Positions 43,931 through 60,845 of a DNA stretch of 64,000 nucleotides are shown here, one piece after another. The notes beneath the pieces were generated by a model that did not search any database, was not told where the DNA came from, and saw only the letters and a list, made by a program, of their open reading frames with translations. Source of the DNA: an uncultured Actinomycetes bacterium (GTDB lineage: Bacteria; Actinomycetota; UBA4738; HRBIN12); the NCBI GenBank assembly GCA_963810915.1, contig CAWEPH010000006.1, positions 555,004-619,003 on the forward strand. The letters run 5' to 3'. Numbering within the stretch: position 1 is the first letter of the stretch; each line of letters begins with the position of its first letter. The translations under genes were made by a program, and so were the position numbers.

Positions 43931-44716
43931 GTGGAGGACATGCAGCAGATCGCCGTCGCCGCCGCGCTCCGCGGCGGCGAGGTCGTGCGGGAGGGAGCCG
44001 CAGGCCGCGGCGCGGCCCCGCTCGACAAGGGCCGGCCCGGGGACTACGTCACCGCGATCGACGTCGCCAGCGAGGACGCCATCCGCACCCTGCTCGCGGA
44101 GGCCACCCCCGACATCCCGGTGGTGGGCGAGGAGGAGGGCGGCGCGGACGCGGCCCGCTACTGGCTGGTCGATCCGCTCGACGGCACCACGAACTTCCTC
44201 CACGGGTTCCCCGCCGTCGGCGTCTCCGTGGCCCTCGTGGAGGACGGCCACCCGACGGCCGGCTGCGTGCACGCGCCCTTCCTCGACCAGACCTTCGCGG
44301 CCGCCCGCGGTGCGGGGGCCTGGTCCATCGCCGCCGACGGCGACCGCGCGCGCCTCGGGGTCAGCGAGCGCTCCGCCGGGCGCGCGGTCGTGGCCACCGG
44401 CTTCCCGTTCCGCCGCAAGGAGCTCCTCCCCCGCTACCTCCGCATGTTCGGAGCCGCCCTCCGCACCTTCGAGGACCTCCGCCGCCCGGGCGCCGCCGCC
44501 CTCGACCTCGCGTGGGTCGCCTCCGGCGTCTTCGACGGCTTCTTCGAGCTCGCCCTCGCCCCCTGGGACGTCGCCGCCGGCGGCCTCCTCATCGAGGAAG
44601 CCGGCGGCCTGGTCACCGACTGGACCGGCCACCCCAACTACCTCCCCGGCACGATCCTCGCCGGCCCCCCCGCGATCCACGCCGAACTCCTCACCCTCGC
44701 CGCCACCACCGGATGA
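43931..44716 (+). CDS. inositol monophosphatase family protein
   Basis: Motifs VVGEEEGG and WLVDPLDGTTNFLHG. 261 aa. The start is GTG 43931 or ATG 43940. Confidence 0.88.
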   Translation: MEDMQQIAVAAALRGGEVVREGAAGRGAAPLDKGRPGDYVTAIDVASEDAIRTLLAEATPDIPVVGEEEGGADAARYWLVDPLDGTTNFLHGFPAVGVSVALVEDGHPTAGCVHAPFLDQTFAAARGAGAWSIAADGDRARLGVSERSAGRAVVATGFPFRRKELLPRYLRMFGAALRTFEDLRRPGAAALDLAWVASGVFDGFFELALAPWDVAAGGLLIEEAGGLVTDWTGHPNYLPGTILAGPPAIHAELLTLAATTG

Positions 44717-45048
44717 GGCCCGCGCACCGGAGCCGTCACTCGCGGCCGCTCGGGGGAAGGCAAGGCGCGCCCTATTCCTTCTCCGCCGTGCAGTTGGGGA
44801 ACAGCGGAGATGAGCCCCTCTTCGTCGATAGCCTGGATCTGATCGACACCCGGGGTCTCAGCATCGTCGGCATCCAGATCGGCACCGTACGTACGAATGC
44901 CCGTCGGGCGCGAACGGATTCCCTCCGGCGTCCTTCCATTTCCCGATGGCCGCACCGACGGACGTACCGATCCCCCCGAAGGGGGCGTTCGACCGATGGC
45001 CCGCGCCCGCGCCGACCGCACCGGGTCGCGCCCGGTGCGACAAAGCGA

Positions 45049-45726
45049 CTACTCCCCGCCCGGGGCGATCCCACGCACGATCGCTAAGCCGCCTCCCGAC
45101 AACCTTCGAAGCATCACCTGCGAAAGACCGGCTCCGTACAGGAACGAGCCAAGCTCGACGGATCGGTAGAGCCTCACATGCCCCGGCTCGAACCGGCGGA
45201 GCAACCGATCCGCGAAGCGGGCTGACGCGAGATCAGCACACGCATCGCCGATCACGAGGTGACCGCCTGGAGCGAGTACCCGAGCCATCTCACGCACGGC
45301 TTGAAGTGGATCGGGGTAGTGATGGAAGGAGTTGGAGCAGAGCACGGCCGTGAACTCCCGATCGCCGAACGGAAGCCCTTCCGCATCCGCGACCTCGAAT
45401 CGCACGTTCTCGATACCCTCCGCGAGATCGACGGCTTGATGGATCATCTCGGGTGAGAGATCGATGCCGACGACCGATGCCGCCACGACGGCGGCCTCTC
45501 TCGATGCCGCGCCCGTTCCGCACCCGACGTCGAGCAACCGATCCTCGGTGGTGAGTGCGAGCGCGGCGAGCGAGCCGCGCTGAACGGGATCGCGCCACCG
45601 GGACGTGACCCCTGACTCATACGTTCCGGCCCGGCGGTCGAACCACCGTCTGGTTGATGCCTTCGTTGAGTCCACCGGGCAAGTGTATGTGCCGCGCGAC
45701 ATCAGGGGACCTACCGGTATTCGCAC
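45049..45726 (-). CDS. class I SAM-dependent methyltransferase (Methyltransf_11-like)
   Basis: LLDVGCGTGAASREAA, FTAVLCSNSFHH, VLAPGGHLVI. Confidence 0.85.
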   Translation of the reverse strand: MRIPVGPLMSRGTYTCPVDSTKASTRRWFDRRAGTYESGVTSRWRDPVQRGSLAALALTTEDRLLDVGCGTGAASREAAVVAASVVGIDLSPEMIHQAVDLAEGIENVRFEVADAEGLPFGDREFTAVLCSNSFHHYPDPLQAVREMARVLAPGGHLVIGDACADLASARFADRLLRRFEPGHVRLYRSVELGSFLYGAGLSQVMLRRLSGGGLAIVRGIAPGGE

Positions 45727-45796
45727 ACCATCACGCCGAAGGAGCCGTCGAATCAGCGACCCCTGACCCCGGTCACGATTCGGAAAACGTACATCT

Positions 45797-45816
45797 ACCC
45801 TCGACTGTCCGAGGGT
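45797..45816 (-). terminator. weak hairpin downstream of the membrane-protein gene
   Basis: ACCCTCG-GACAGT-CGAGGGT on the minus strand, with a TTTT run 9 nt further on. Confidence 0.3.
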
Positions 45817-45874
45817 GCCTAGTTGGACCGGGGTGCCCCAGCGTCGGAGGATGTTCCCGGAGTGTCGCCGCAGG

Positions 45875-46648
45875 TCAGAGGAAGGCAGCGCCGACCTTCC
45901 TGGGCATCAGAGCCAGCCGTACCCCGGTCACCAGCAGCCACACGAGCCAGGCGGCGTAGCCGAGCATGCCCACGAACAGGATCGGCGAGCCGTCAGCGAT
46001 CGCGAGGTTGGCCACCCCGGCGGCGATCAGCAGGCCTCCCCCGGCCACGCCGAGCACACGCTGCCACGGCGCCGCCAGCCGACTCGCATGCGCCGCCAGC
46101 GCAGCGCCGATGAAGGTGGTGCCGAGCGCCGACAGCGCCAGAGCGAATGCTCCTGCATGCAGCTGCCAGACGAGCTCGAACAGCGGGCTCGGCTCGGCGA
46201 GCTCGCCGGCGGACAATACGACTCCGTTCCACAGCACGGCGTAGAGCGCGAAGACCGCCGCGAGAGTCGCGCCCGCGGCCACCGCGAGGCGCGACCAGTC
46301 GGCGCCCGCACCCCCGCGACGCCCGACCAGCCCGTGGAGACCGGTCACGAACACGAGCAGTAGCGGCAGGTTCAGCGCCTCTGAGCCGACCGCGATCGCG
46401 ACCGCGCCCCGGTTCTCCGCGTGGAAGGCGAGCACCTTCTCGATCGGGTCGCCGAAGCCGGGCGCTCCGGCCCAGACCAGCACAGCATTCTGAATGACCA
46501 ACGACGCTACCAACGCGATCGCCGCCGCGCCCACGACCCGCTCCCCGAACGCAGGGGTCGGGATCGGCCCCCTCGTTCCCACTGCCGCGCTCGCAGGCAC
46601 ATGCTGCTGGGACTCCGCAGCTTTGTCGCTATTGTGCGGAGATCTCAT
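45875..46648 (-). CDS. hypothetical integral membrane protein (about 6 TM segments)
   Basis: ATG 46648 preceded by GAAGGAGTAAGAG. Repeated hydrophobic helices. No family recognised. Confidence 0.7.
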   Translation of the reverse strand: MRSPHNSDKAAESQQHVPASAAVGTRGPIPTPAFGERVVGAAAIALVASLVIQNAVLVWAGAPGFGDPIEKVLAFHAENRGAVAIAVGSEALNLPLLLVFVTGLHGLVGRRGGAGADWSRLAVAAGATLAAVFALYAVLWNGVVLSAGELAEPSPLFELVWQLHAGAFALALSALGTTFIGAALAAHASRLAAPWQRVLGVAGGGLLIAAGVANLAIADGSPILFVGMLGYAAWLVWLLVTGVRLALMPRKVGAAFL

Positions 46649-47183
46649 CTCTTACTCCTTCGGTGCGGCCGGATGATCGTGACTCCATGATCGCTGACGT
46701 CGACGACCGGCGGATCGGCCTCAGGGCTCGTGCTGGTCCCGTCGGGAGAACGGTCACATCCTCGCACACTGGGGTGAGCGAGCGTGCCTTCGCTCGACGT
46801 CACCCAACGTGGACGCGCGACGCCGGTCATGCTCCCGTACAAAGGCCGACCTCGCCGACAGGCGCAGGACAGACGACGCAGAGCCAGCCGCCGTCACGCA
46901 GCCCGTCGCACCCGCTCAACAGCCCCCCGAAGCCATCGCCAAGGCGCCGGGAGGGTGTACCACGACGACCGTCCCCGTCGACCGGTACGAGGCCGCCGGG
47001 CCGCACGGACCCCGCAGGACGGAAACGCCCCGGGGGAACCGCGAAGGGGAACATCTGGACCGAGCGAAGCGCGCCCGCAGGGCCGCGCGCGAGCGAGGGA
47101 AGCGTTCCCCGCAGCGGATCCCCCGGGGCGACCCCGCCACGCGCCAGCCCACCCGACTAACGAAGAGCCCCGAACACGACGAA

Positions 47184-47213
47184 GGCCGGGGACCGAACGA
47201 ACGGTCCCCGGCC
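47184..47213 (-). terminator. rpoC terminator hairpin
   Basis: GGCCGGGGACCG-AACGAA-CGGTCCCCGGCC, a 12-bp stem 29 nt past the rpoC stop. U-rich sequence follows on the transcript. Confidence 0.6.
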
Positions 47214-47241
47214 TCCAGCCGATCAGGGTGTGGCCGCCGAG

Positions 47242-51147
<3,906 letters not shown>

Positions 51148-51209
51148 TTACGCGCTCGCCTCCTCGCGTGGCTCGCTCTTCACAACGTTCAACGCTCGCC
51201 TGTTCCCGA

Positions 51210-54662
<3,453 letters not shown>

Positions 54663-54729
54663 GAAGGATCCCTCCCAGGGAAACTAGACGACGCACAGCA
54701 GAGCGCGGTGGACGGCACGGCAAACGGAT

Positions 54730-54758
54730 ACTGTACGCAGATAGGCAGGCATCGTCAA
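54730..54758 (-). promoter_or_regulatory. candidate rpoB promoter (-35 TTGACG, 17-nt spacer, -10 TACAGT)
   Basis: Read on the minus strand about 70 nt upstream of the rpoB start. A second TTGACC-N17-TACCCT lies further upstream. Confidence 0.4.
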
Positions 54759-54912
54759 CGACGCCTGCCACAGGCCCTGTTCGGGCGCCCCTTGGCGGGA
54801 CCCGGGAAGGGTACGCCCCCGATCGGGGAGGGTCAACCCACCGAAGGTCTCTTCTCGCGCGAGCCGCGCCGCTCCCCTGACGCAGGACACGACGCCCGGT
54901 AGGGTTCGCCGG

Positions 54913-56778
54913 GTGAGCGGGATCGAGTTCTCGGCGAGCGGTCCGGCCCGCGAGCCGAACGCGCGCGCGCGGCCGAGCGCCCGCGAACGGCGTCGGGCGA
55001 TCGCCCTCGGGATCCTGGCGGGCGTCCTCACCGCGTGCGTGATGCTGGCGATCGACGCGGCCGTATCGGCGCACCGGATGCTCGGCGCCATCTCCTCGGC
55101 CCGCCTCCACCTGATCGACGGCGGGAACTCCGTGGTCACGGGCGATCCCGACGTGGCCACGGCGGCCTTCCAGGCGGCCGGGCGCTCGGCGCTGGATGCC
55201 CTCGGCGACGCCGACCGTCCCGGGGTGCGGCTGCTGCAGGGCCTGCCGATCGTGGGCGACAACGTCACGGCCGCCAAGGCCGTGGCCCAGGCGCAGGTCG
55301 ACACGGCGAGCGCGGGGCTGACCATGGCCGATGCCGCACGGACGATGGACTGGAACACGATCCTGCTCCCGACCACCACCTCCCTCGGCCACGTCGACCT
55401 CGCCGAGGTCCGCAAGGCCACCCCGCAGCTGGAGTCCGTGGCCACGCAGCTGCAGACGGCGCTGAACCGCCTGGAGCTCGCCGGCGGGGGCCATCTGATC
55501 GGCCCGGTTGCGGCCGGCTACGACAACGCCGTCACCACGCTGGGGCGCACGGCGGCGCTCGCGGCCGACGCGCGGGACCTCGCGCGCCTGACGCCGCCGC
55601 TGTTCGGCGGGCAGGGGGTCCGTCGCTACCTCGTGGCGGTGGGCAGCCTGGCGCAGCCCTTCGGACCCAGCGGCCGGGTGGGACCCGTCGGCGTCCTCAC
55701 CGCCCGGCACGGCACGCTGACGCTCGAGCCGTTCTCGCCGGCCGACCCCGCCATCGGGGACGCGGCGTCCTCGCCCGACGCACCGAACTCCGCCGAGGCC
55801 ATGCTGACGGCGGCCGAGACCTCGGGGTTCGACCACCTCGACGGGGTGTTCCTCATGGACACCGTGGGTCTGCAGGATCTGCTCTGGATGGTGGGCGACG
55901 TGGACACCGACGCCTGGGACACGGCCCTCAGCCGGTGGAACGCCGTCCAGGTGCTCGACGCCGACGTCCTGCAGGGCACGAACGCATCCGCGGCCGACGT
56001 GCAGCAGGCCGCGATCGCGGGCGACGTCCTCGCGACCGGGCTGACGCGTCATCCCTCGACCGAGGCCTTCGGCACCGCGACCGCCGAGATGGTGGCCGGC
56101 CGGCACCTCGCGATCTACGCCCGGGATCCGGCGGTGCAGTCGCTGCTCAGCCGCCTCGGCGCCACCGGACGCCTCGTGGGCGCCGGCAACCCGCTCGCGA
56201 TCGTCTGGAACACCACGGGGATCGCGCGCACCGGGCTGCTGCTGCGCCGGCCCACGTCCGTCGGGGTCACCCTGGACGCGGACGGCCTGGCGCGGATGCG
56301 CACGGTGATCGACCTGGAGGACCAGGCGCCCAACGGCCCGCCCTCGGTCCAGCTGGGGAAGCCGTTCGGCCCGGAGCCCGTGGGCGGCTACGCGGCCGAC
56401 GTGAGCGTGTACCTGCCCAGGGGCGCCAAGCAGATCAGCGTGGAGCCGAGCTCACCGACCACGACCGAGACGTCGGTGGAGGCCGGGCTCCACGTCGCCA
56501 CCGGAGCCCTCTTCGCGTCGCCGAGCGCGGCGATGTCGATGACCGTGAGCGCCCAGGTGCCCCAGGCCGTCACCGAGGTGGGCGACCTCCACCAGTACCG
56601 ACTGGTGATCACGCCGGCGCCGACGGCCGTCGGCGATCCCCTGCGCGTGACGATCCGGATCCCCGACGGGATGGCGATCGCCTCGACCACGGAGGGCATG
56701 ATCGTGGGGGGGTCCGTCGCGCGGTGGGCGGGCGTGCCGGGCGGGCGCCCGGTCGTGCTGATCGTGCGCTACGGCTGA
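54913..56778 (+). CDS. membrane-anchored extracytoplasmic protein, DUF4012-like
   Basis: 621 aa. Basic N-terminus then a TM helix (IALGILAGVLTACVMLAI). Overall architecture and the RRYLVAV...G.VG..GVL segment resemble DUF4012 proteins found next to actinobacterial glycan clusters. Family call is from memory. Confidence 0.6.
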   Translation: MSGIEFSASGPAREPNARARPSARERRRAIALGILAGVLTACVMLAIDAAVSAHRMLGAISSARLHLIDGGNSVVTGDPDVATAAFQAAGRSALDALGDADRPGVRLLQGLPIVGDNVTAAKAVAQAQVDTASAGLTMADAARTMDWNTILLPTTTSLGHVDLAEVRKATPQLESVATQLQTALNRLELAGGGHLIGPVAAGYDNAVTTLGRTAALAADARDLARLTPPLFGGQGVRRYLVAVGSLAQPFGPSGRVGPVGVLTARHGTLTLEPFSPADPAIGDAASSPDAPNSAEAMLTAAETSGFDHLDGVFLMDTVGLQDLLWMVGDVDTDAWDTALSRWNAVQVLDADVLQGTNASAADVQQAAIAGDVLATGLTRHPSTEAFGTATAEMVAGRHLAIYARDPAVQSLLSRLGATGRLVGAGNPLAIVWNTTGIARTGLLLRRPTSVGVTLDADGLARMRTVIDLEDQAPNGPPSVQLGKPFGPEPVGGYAADVSVYLPRGAKQISVEPSSPTTTETSVEAGLHVATGALFASPSAAMSMTVSAQVPQAVTEVGDLHQYRLVITPAPTAVGDPLRVTIRIPDGMAIASTTEGMIVGGSVARWAGVPGGRPVVLIVRYG

Positions 56779-56790
56779 GCGCCCGACCGG

Positions 56791-57360
56791 CTACCCGTCG
56801 AACCGGGGCGCATCGCGCAGGGCCTCGGCGAGCGAGGGGTTCGCGCGGTCCCGGTCCGAGAGCACGGGCTCGGTGAGCGGCCACGCGATGGCGAGGTCGG
56901 GGTCGTCCCAGGCGATGCCGTGCTCGTCCTTGCCCGTGAAGTAGGCGTCCACCTGATAGAGGAGGGCGACGTCGGATCGCGCGCAGAAGCCGTGCGCCAC
57001 CCCCGGCGGGACGTAGAGGCCGCGCAGCCGTTCGTCGGCGTCGAAGTCGACCGTGCGCACCTCGCGGAACGTGGGCGACCCGTCCCGGAGATCGACGAGG
57101 GCGACGAACGCGCGTCCCTCGAGCACGCACCAGTAGTCGGCCTGCTGGAGGTGGTAGTGCAGGCCGCGGAGCACCCCGGCCCGGCTCCGACTGAGGTTGG
57201 ATTGGACGATCGGCGGGGACCCCTCGGGCAGCCATTCCTGCCGATAGAGCTCGATGAAGGCGCCCCGCCCGTCGGCGTGCGAGAGCAGATCCGTGATGAC
57301 GACGCCCGGGAAGTCGGAGGGACCCACGGGGCGGAGCTTAGCGGGCAGGCGCAGGTTCAC
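56791..57360 (-). CDS. rmlC: dTDP-4-dehydrorhamnose 3,5-epimerase
   Basis: GVLRGLHYH, VPPGVAHGF, AWDDPDLAIAW. Confidence 0.88.
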   Translation of the reverse strand: MNLRLPAKLRPVGPSDFPGVVITDLLSHADGRGAFIELYRQEWLPEGSPPIVQSNLSRSRAGVLRGLHYHLQQADYWCVLEGRAFVALVDLRDGSPTFREVRTVDFDADERLRGLYVPPGVAHGFCARSDVALLYQVDAYFTGKDEHGIAWDDPDLAIAWPLTEPVLSDRDRANPSLAEALRDAPRFDG

Positions 57361-57404
57361 ATAGACGCGGGCGGCTCCGGGAGCCCCGCGGACGGCGGCG
57401 TACG

Positions 57405-58436
57405 ATGCGGCCGATGCCCCGATACATCCTGGCGTTCTGCGTCCCGTTGGCCGCCACCCTGGTCCTCACGCCCCTGGCGGCGCGGCTCGCGCACCGCTTC
57501 GACGTGCTCGACCACCCCGTCGACCACAAGACCCACCGGGAGACCACGCCGTACCTGGGCGGGCTCGCCGTGGCGGTCGGCCTGCTCCTCGTGGCGGCGT
57601 TCGCGGGGGGCGCGAGCGGCGAGCTGATGACGGTGCTGCTGGGCGCGCTCGTGCTCGCGGGCGTCGGGCTGGTGGACGACGTGCGCGGCCTCTCGCCCTT
57701 GATCCGGCTGGCCTTCGAGGTGGTGGCGGCCCTCGCCCTGTGGACCGTCGGGATCCGCGCCGGCGTGCTCGACACGCCGTGGGTGGACCTCCCCGTGACC
57801 GTGCTGTGGGTGGTGGCGGTGACGAACGCGATGAACTTCATCGACAACATGGACGGCCTGGCCGCCTCCGTGGCCGTCGCCTCCACGTTCGGTGTGGCGG
57901 CGATCGCGGCGTCCAACGGGGACTACCTCGTGGCCTCCTTCGCCCTCGCCGTGGCGGGCGCATGCCTCGGGTTCCTGCGCTACAACGCGCCGCCCGCGCG
58001 GATCTTCCTCGGCGACGCGGGCTCGATGCTGCTGGGGTTCCTGATCGCGGCGCTCACGCTGAAGCTGGACCTGCCCGTCGGCGCCGCGCTCCCCCGCGCC
58101 CTGTCCACCGTGCTGCTCGCCGCCGTGCCCCTGTTCGACCTGACCCTGGTCGTGGTGGCGCGCGTGCGCGGGCACCGCCCCGTGTACAAGGGCGGCTCCG
58201 ACCACGTCAGCCACCGGCTGCTGGCCGCCGGCCTCTCGACGTGGTGGGTGCTGCTGATCGCGGCCGGCGCGCAGGCGGCCTGCTCGGCCCTCGCCTTCGG
58301 CGTGTACCGCCGGCCTCAGGCGGTGGTCGTGGGGGTGGGGGTGGTCGTGAGCGTGGTCTGGCTCGTCCTGCTGATCTCGCTGCTGCGGATGCCCACCCCC
58401 GGCGCCGCCGACCTGCGCGCCAACAACGCCCCGTAG
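57405..58436 (+). CDS. polyprenyl-phosphate N-acetylhexosamine-1-phosphate transferase (MraY/WecA family, GT4 fold family)
   Basis: Multiple TM helices. NAMNFIDNMDGLA and FLGDAGSM motifs. Confidence 0.85.
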   Translation: MRPMPRYILAFCVPLAATLVLTPLAARLAHRFDVLDHPVDHKTHRETTPYLGGLAVAVGLLLVAAFAGGASGELMTVLLGALVLAGVGLVDDVRGLSPLIRLAFEVVAALALWTVGIRAGVLDTPWVDLPVTVLWVVAVTNAMNFIDNMDGLAASVAVASTFGVAAIAASNGDYLVASFALAVAGACLGFLRYNAPPARIFLGDAGSMLLGFLIAALTLKLDLPVGAALPRALSTVLLAAVPLFDLTLVVVARVRGHRPVYKGGSDHVSHRLLAAGLSTWWVLLIAAGAQAACSALAFGVYRRPQAVVVGVGVVVSVVWLVLLISLLRMPTPGAADLRANNAP

Positions 58437-59563
58437 AGCTCCGCCAGGTCGTCGAGGAGACGGTCGCGCGCGTAGCGCGCGCGCACGTGCGCCGTCGCGG
58501 CCTCGCCGTAAGCGGCGGCGCGCGCCGGCTCGGCCAGGAGCGCGGCGATGGCGGCCCCCACCGCGCGGTGATCGCCCGCCTCCACGAGGTCGCCGGTGAC
58601 GCCGTCGCGGACCACCTCGGCCACCCCGCCCACGCGGGTGGCCACCACCGGGCGCCCGGCCGCGCCGGCCTCGATCAGGCCGAGCGGCGTGCCCTCGTTG
58701 CGGGAGGTGAGCGCGACCACGTCGCACGCCGCGTAGAGGGCGGGGAGGTCGTTCACCCATCCGGTGAAGCGGACGCGGTCGCCGAGGATCGCGCGGGCGT
58801 CGGCCTCGAGGTCGGCGCGCAAGGGCCCGTCGCCGGCGACGACGAAGACGGCGTCCGGATGGGCGCGCGCCACGTGCGCGGCCGCGCGCAGGAACGTCGC
58901 GTGGTCCTTCACGTCGGTGAGCCGGCCGACGACGCCGACCACGGGAGCATCGAGCGGGAGGCCGAGGCGGGCCCGGGCCTCGGCCGTGCCGACGCGTCCG
59001 TTCACGAACGCCTCCAGGTCGAGGCCCACCGGCACCACGTGCCACCGCTCGGGGGTCCCGATCCCGAGCGCGAGGAGCTCGTCGCGCACCTGCGGCGCCA
59101 CCGCGATCAACGCGTCGGTGCGCGCGGCGAGCGCCCGCTCGACGCGCGCGAACGCGGCGTTCTTCATCCGGGAGAAGTAGGACTGCAGCACGTGCCCGTG
59201 GAAGGTGTGCACGACGACGGGCACGCCCGCCTGCACGGCCGCCATGCGCCCCAGCGCGCCCGCCTTGGCGAGGTGGGTGTGCACGACGTCGGGGCGCCAG
59301 CGCCGCACGATGCCGCTGATGGCCCGCGCCGCGCGCAGGTCGTCCGCGGGGCGGAGGTCGCGGCCCAGCCACGGCAGGTAGGTGTGGGGCAGGTCCGCGG
59401 GTGGGTCGATCGTGCCCTCGGCGGGGCCGGAGGCGCCCCAGACCAAGCGTGTGTCGTAACCACGCTCACGCAGGGCGTCCGTGAGGAAGATGGCCTGGCG
59501 CGCGGGACCGCCCACGTTCAAGCGGGTGGTCACGCGCAGCACGCGGGGGCGCGCACGATCCAT
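58316..59563 (-). CDS. glycosyltransferase family 1 (GT-B)
   Basis: ATG 59563 (MDRARPRVLRVTTRLNVGGPA...). E-x7-E region [25 protein letters not shown]. The 3' end overlaps the convergent transferase gene by 121 nt. Confidence 0.85.
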   Translation of the reverse strand: MDRARPRVLRVTTRLNVGGPARQAIFLTDALRERGYDTRLVWGASGPAEGTIDPPADLPHTYLPWLGRDLRPADDLRAARAISGIVRRWRPDVVHTHLAKAGALGRMAAVQAGVPVVVHTFHGHVLQSYFSRMKNAAFARVERALAARTDALIAVAPQVRDELLALGIGTPERWHVVPVGLDLEAFVNGRVGTAEARARLGLPLDAPVVGVVGRLTDVKDHATFLRAAAHVARAHPDAVFVVAGDGPLRADLEADARAILGDRVRFTGWVNDLPALYAACDVVALTSRNEGTPLGLIEAGAAGRPVVATRVGGVAEVVRDGVTGDLVEAGDHRAVGAAIAALLAEPARAAAYGEAATAHVRARYARDRLLDDLAELYGALLARRSAAPGVGIRSSEISRTSQTTLTTTPTPTTTA

Positions 59564-59665
59564 AGCCTGCCATCGACCTCGGGGGCCGTTCCTTCCATAC
59601 CCGGTATCGGGTATCGCCACGTTCGCTAAAGGGCCCAGACGGGACGGTCGATTGGCGGAGTAACC

Positions 59666-60845
59666 ATGCCTACATCGATGGACGAGCGCGGACTGCGGAC
59701 GCGCGTTCCGACGACGCCCCCGCAGGGGCGGGAACGGGCGTGGTATCCGACGGTCCTGCACCTGATCGGGAGCCTCGATCGCGGGGGCACCGAGACGCAG
59801 CTGGCGGGGTTCATCGCCCGCAGCGGCCGCCCGGAGCGCCACGTCGTGATGGCCTGGGCGGGCGAGGGCGAGGTGGCGCCGGCGTTCCCCCGGCCGCCGA
59901 TCTGGGCGCGTCGAGACCCGCGCGCACGCCGGAGCCCCGGCGACGTCCTCACGATCGCCCGCTCCCTGCGTCGCGTCGTCCGCGAGCGCGGGGTCGACCT
60001 GATCCACGCCCACCTGTCCGCCGCGGAGTTCGTGGCCGCGTTCGCCGCGCCGCGCGGCGTCCCGATCGTGGCGTCGCGCCGGGGCCGCACCCCGGGTCAC
60101 GAGGACGCCTCTGGTTCCGCACCGCGTCGCGCGTGAGCCACGCGCGGGTGGCGCTGATGCTCTGCAACTCCGACGAGCTCGCGCGCTTCACGCTGGCGCA
60201 CGATCCCGCGCCGCCGCCGATCGCCGTGATCCCCAACGGCGTGGACCTCGCGCACTTCCCGGCCTCGCCCGTGCCCGCCGATCCCGTGGTCGTGGTCGTC
60301 GCCAACCTCATCGGCTACAAGCGGCACGACCGCTTCCTCCGCGCCCTCGCGCGAGGTCGTCACGCGGGTGCCCGAGGCGCGCGCCGTGCTGGTCGGCGAG
60401 GGTCCCGAGCGCCCCCGGCTGGAGGCGACGGCCGCCGGGCTCGGGCTGGGCGAGCGCGTCCGCTTCGCCGGCGCGGTCACAGACGTCCGGCCGTTCCTCG
60501 CCGAGGCGCGCGTGGTGGCGCTCACCTCCGATCACGAGGGACTCCCCAACGCGCTCCTCGAGGCGATGGCATCGGGCCGCCCGGTGGTGGCCACCCGCGT
60601 GGGCGGGGTGCCCGAGCTCGTCCGTGACGGCGTCGACGGCCTGCTCACCGACGCCGATCCCGCCTCGATCGCCCGCGCGCTCACCGCGCTGCTCGGCTCC
60701 CCCGGCGAGGCCGAGCGGATGGGCGCCTCGCGCGCGGGAGCGCGCCGCGACCTACGACTGGCCCGTCGCGATCGGACGCACCGAGGACCTCTACCGCCGG
60801 GTGCTGGCGGGCGAGCGCTTCCCCCGCGGACGGAGGATCGACTGA
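59666..60845 (+). pseudogene. glycosyltransferase family 1, three frameshifts as sequenced (about 60095, 60350, 60728)
   Basis: VLHLIGSLDRGGTETQL...RRGRTPGHE / GRLWFRTASRVSHARVALMLCNSDEL...RFLRALA / [21 protein letters not shown]...[27 protein letters not shown]...AERMGA / [22 protein letters not shown]. Confidence 0.8.

Noticed and set aside
46649-47183. A guanidine (mini-ykkC or ykkC-III), c-di-AMP or SAM riboswitch upstream of the membrane-protein gene.
   Set aside because: I could not find the characteristic ACGR loops or the other consensus cores when reading the minus strand. Only generic GC-rich hairpins are present. The region is kept as an unexplained spacer.
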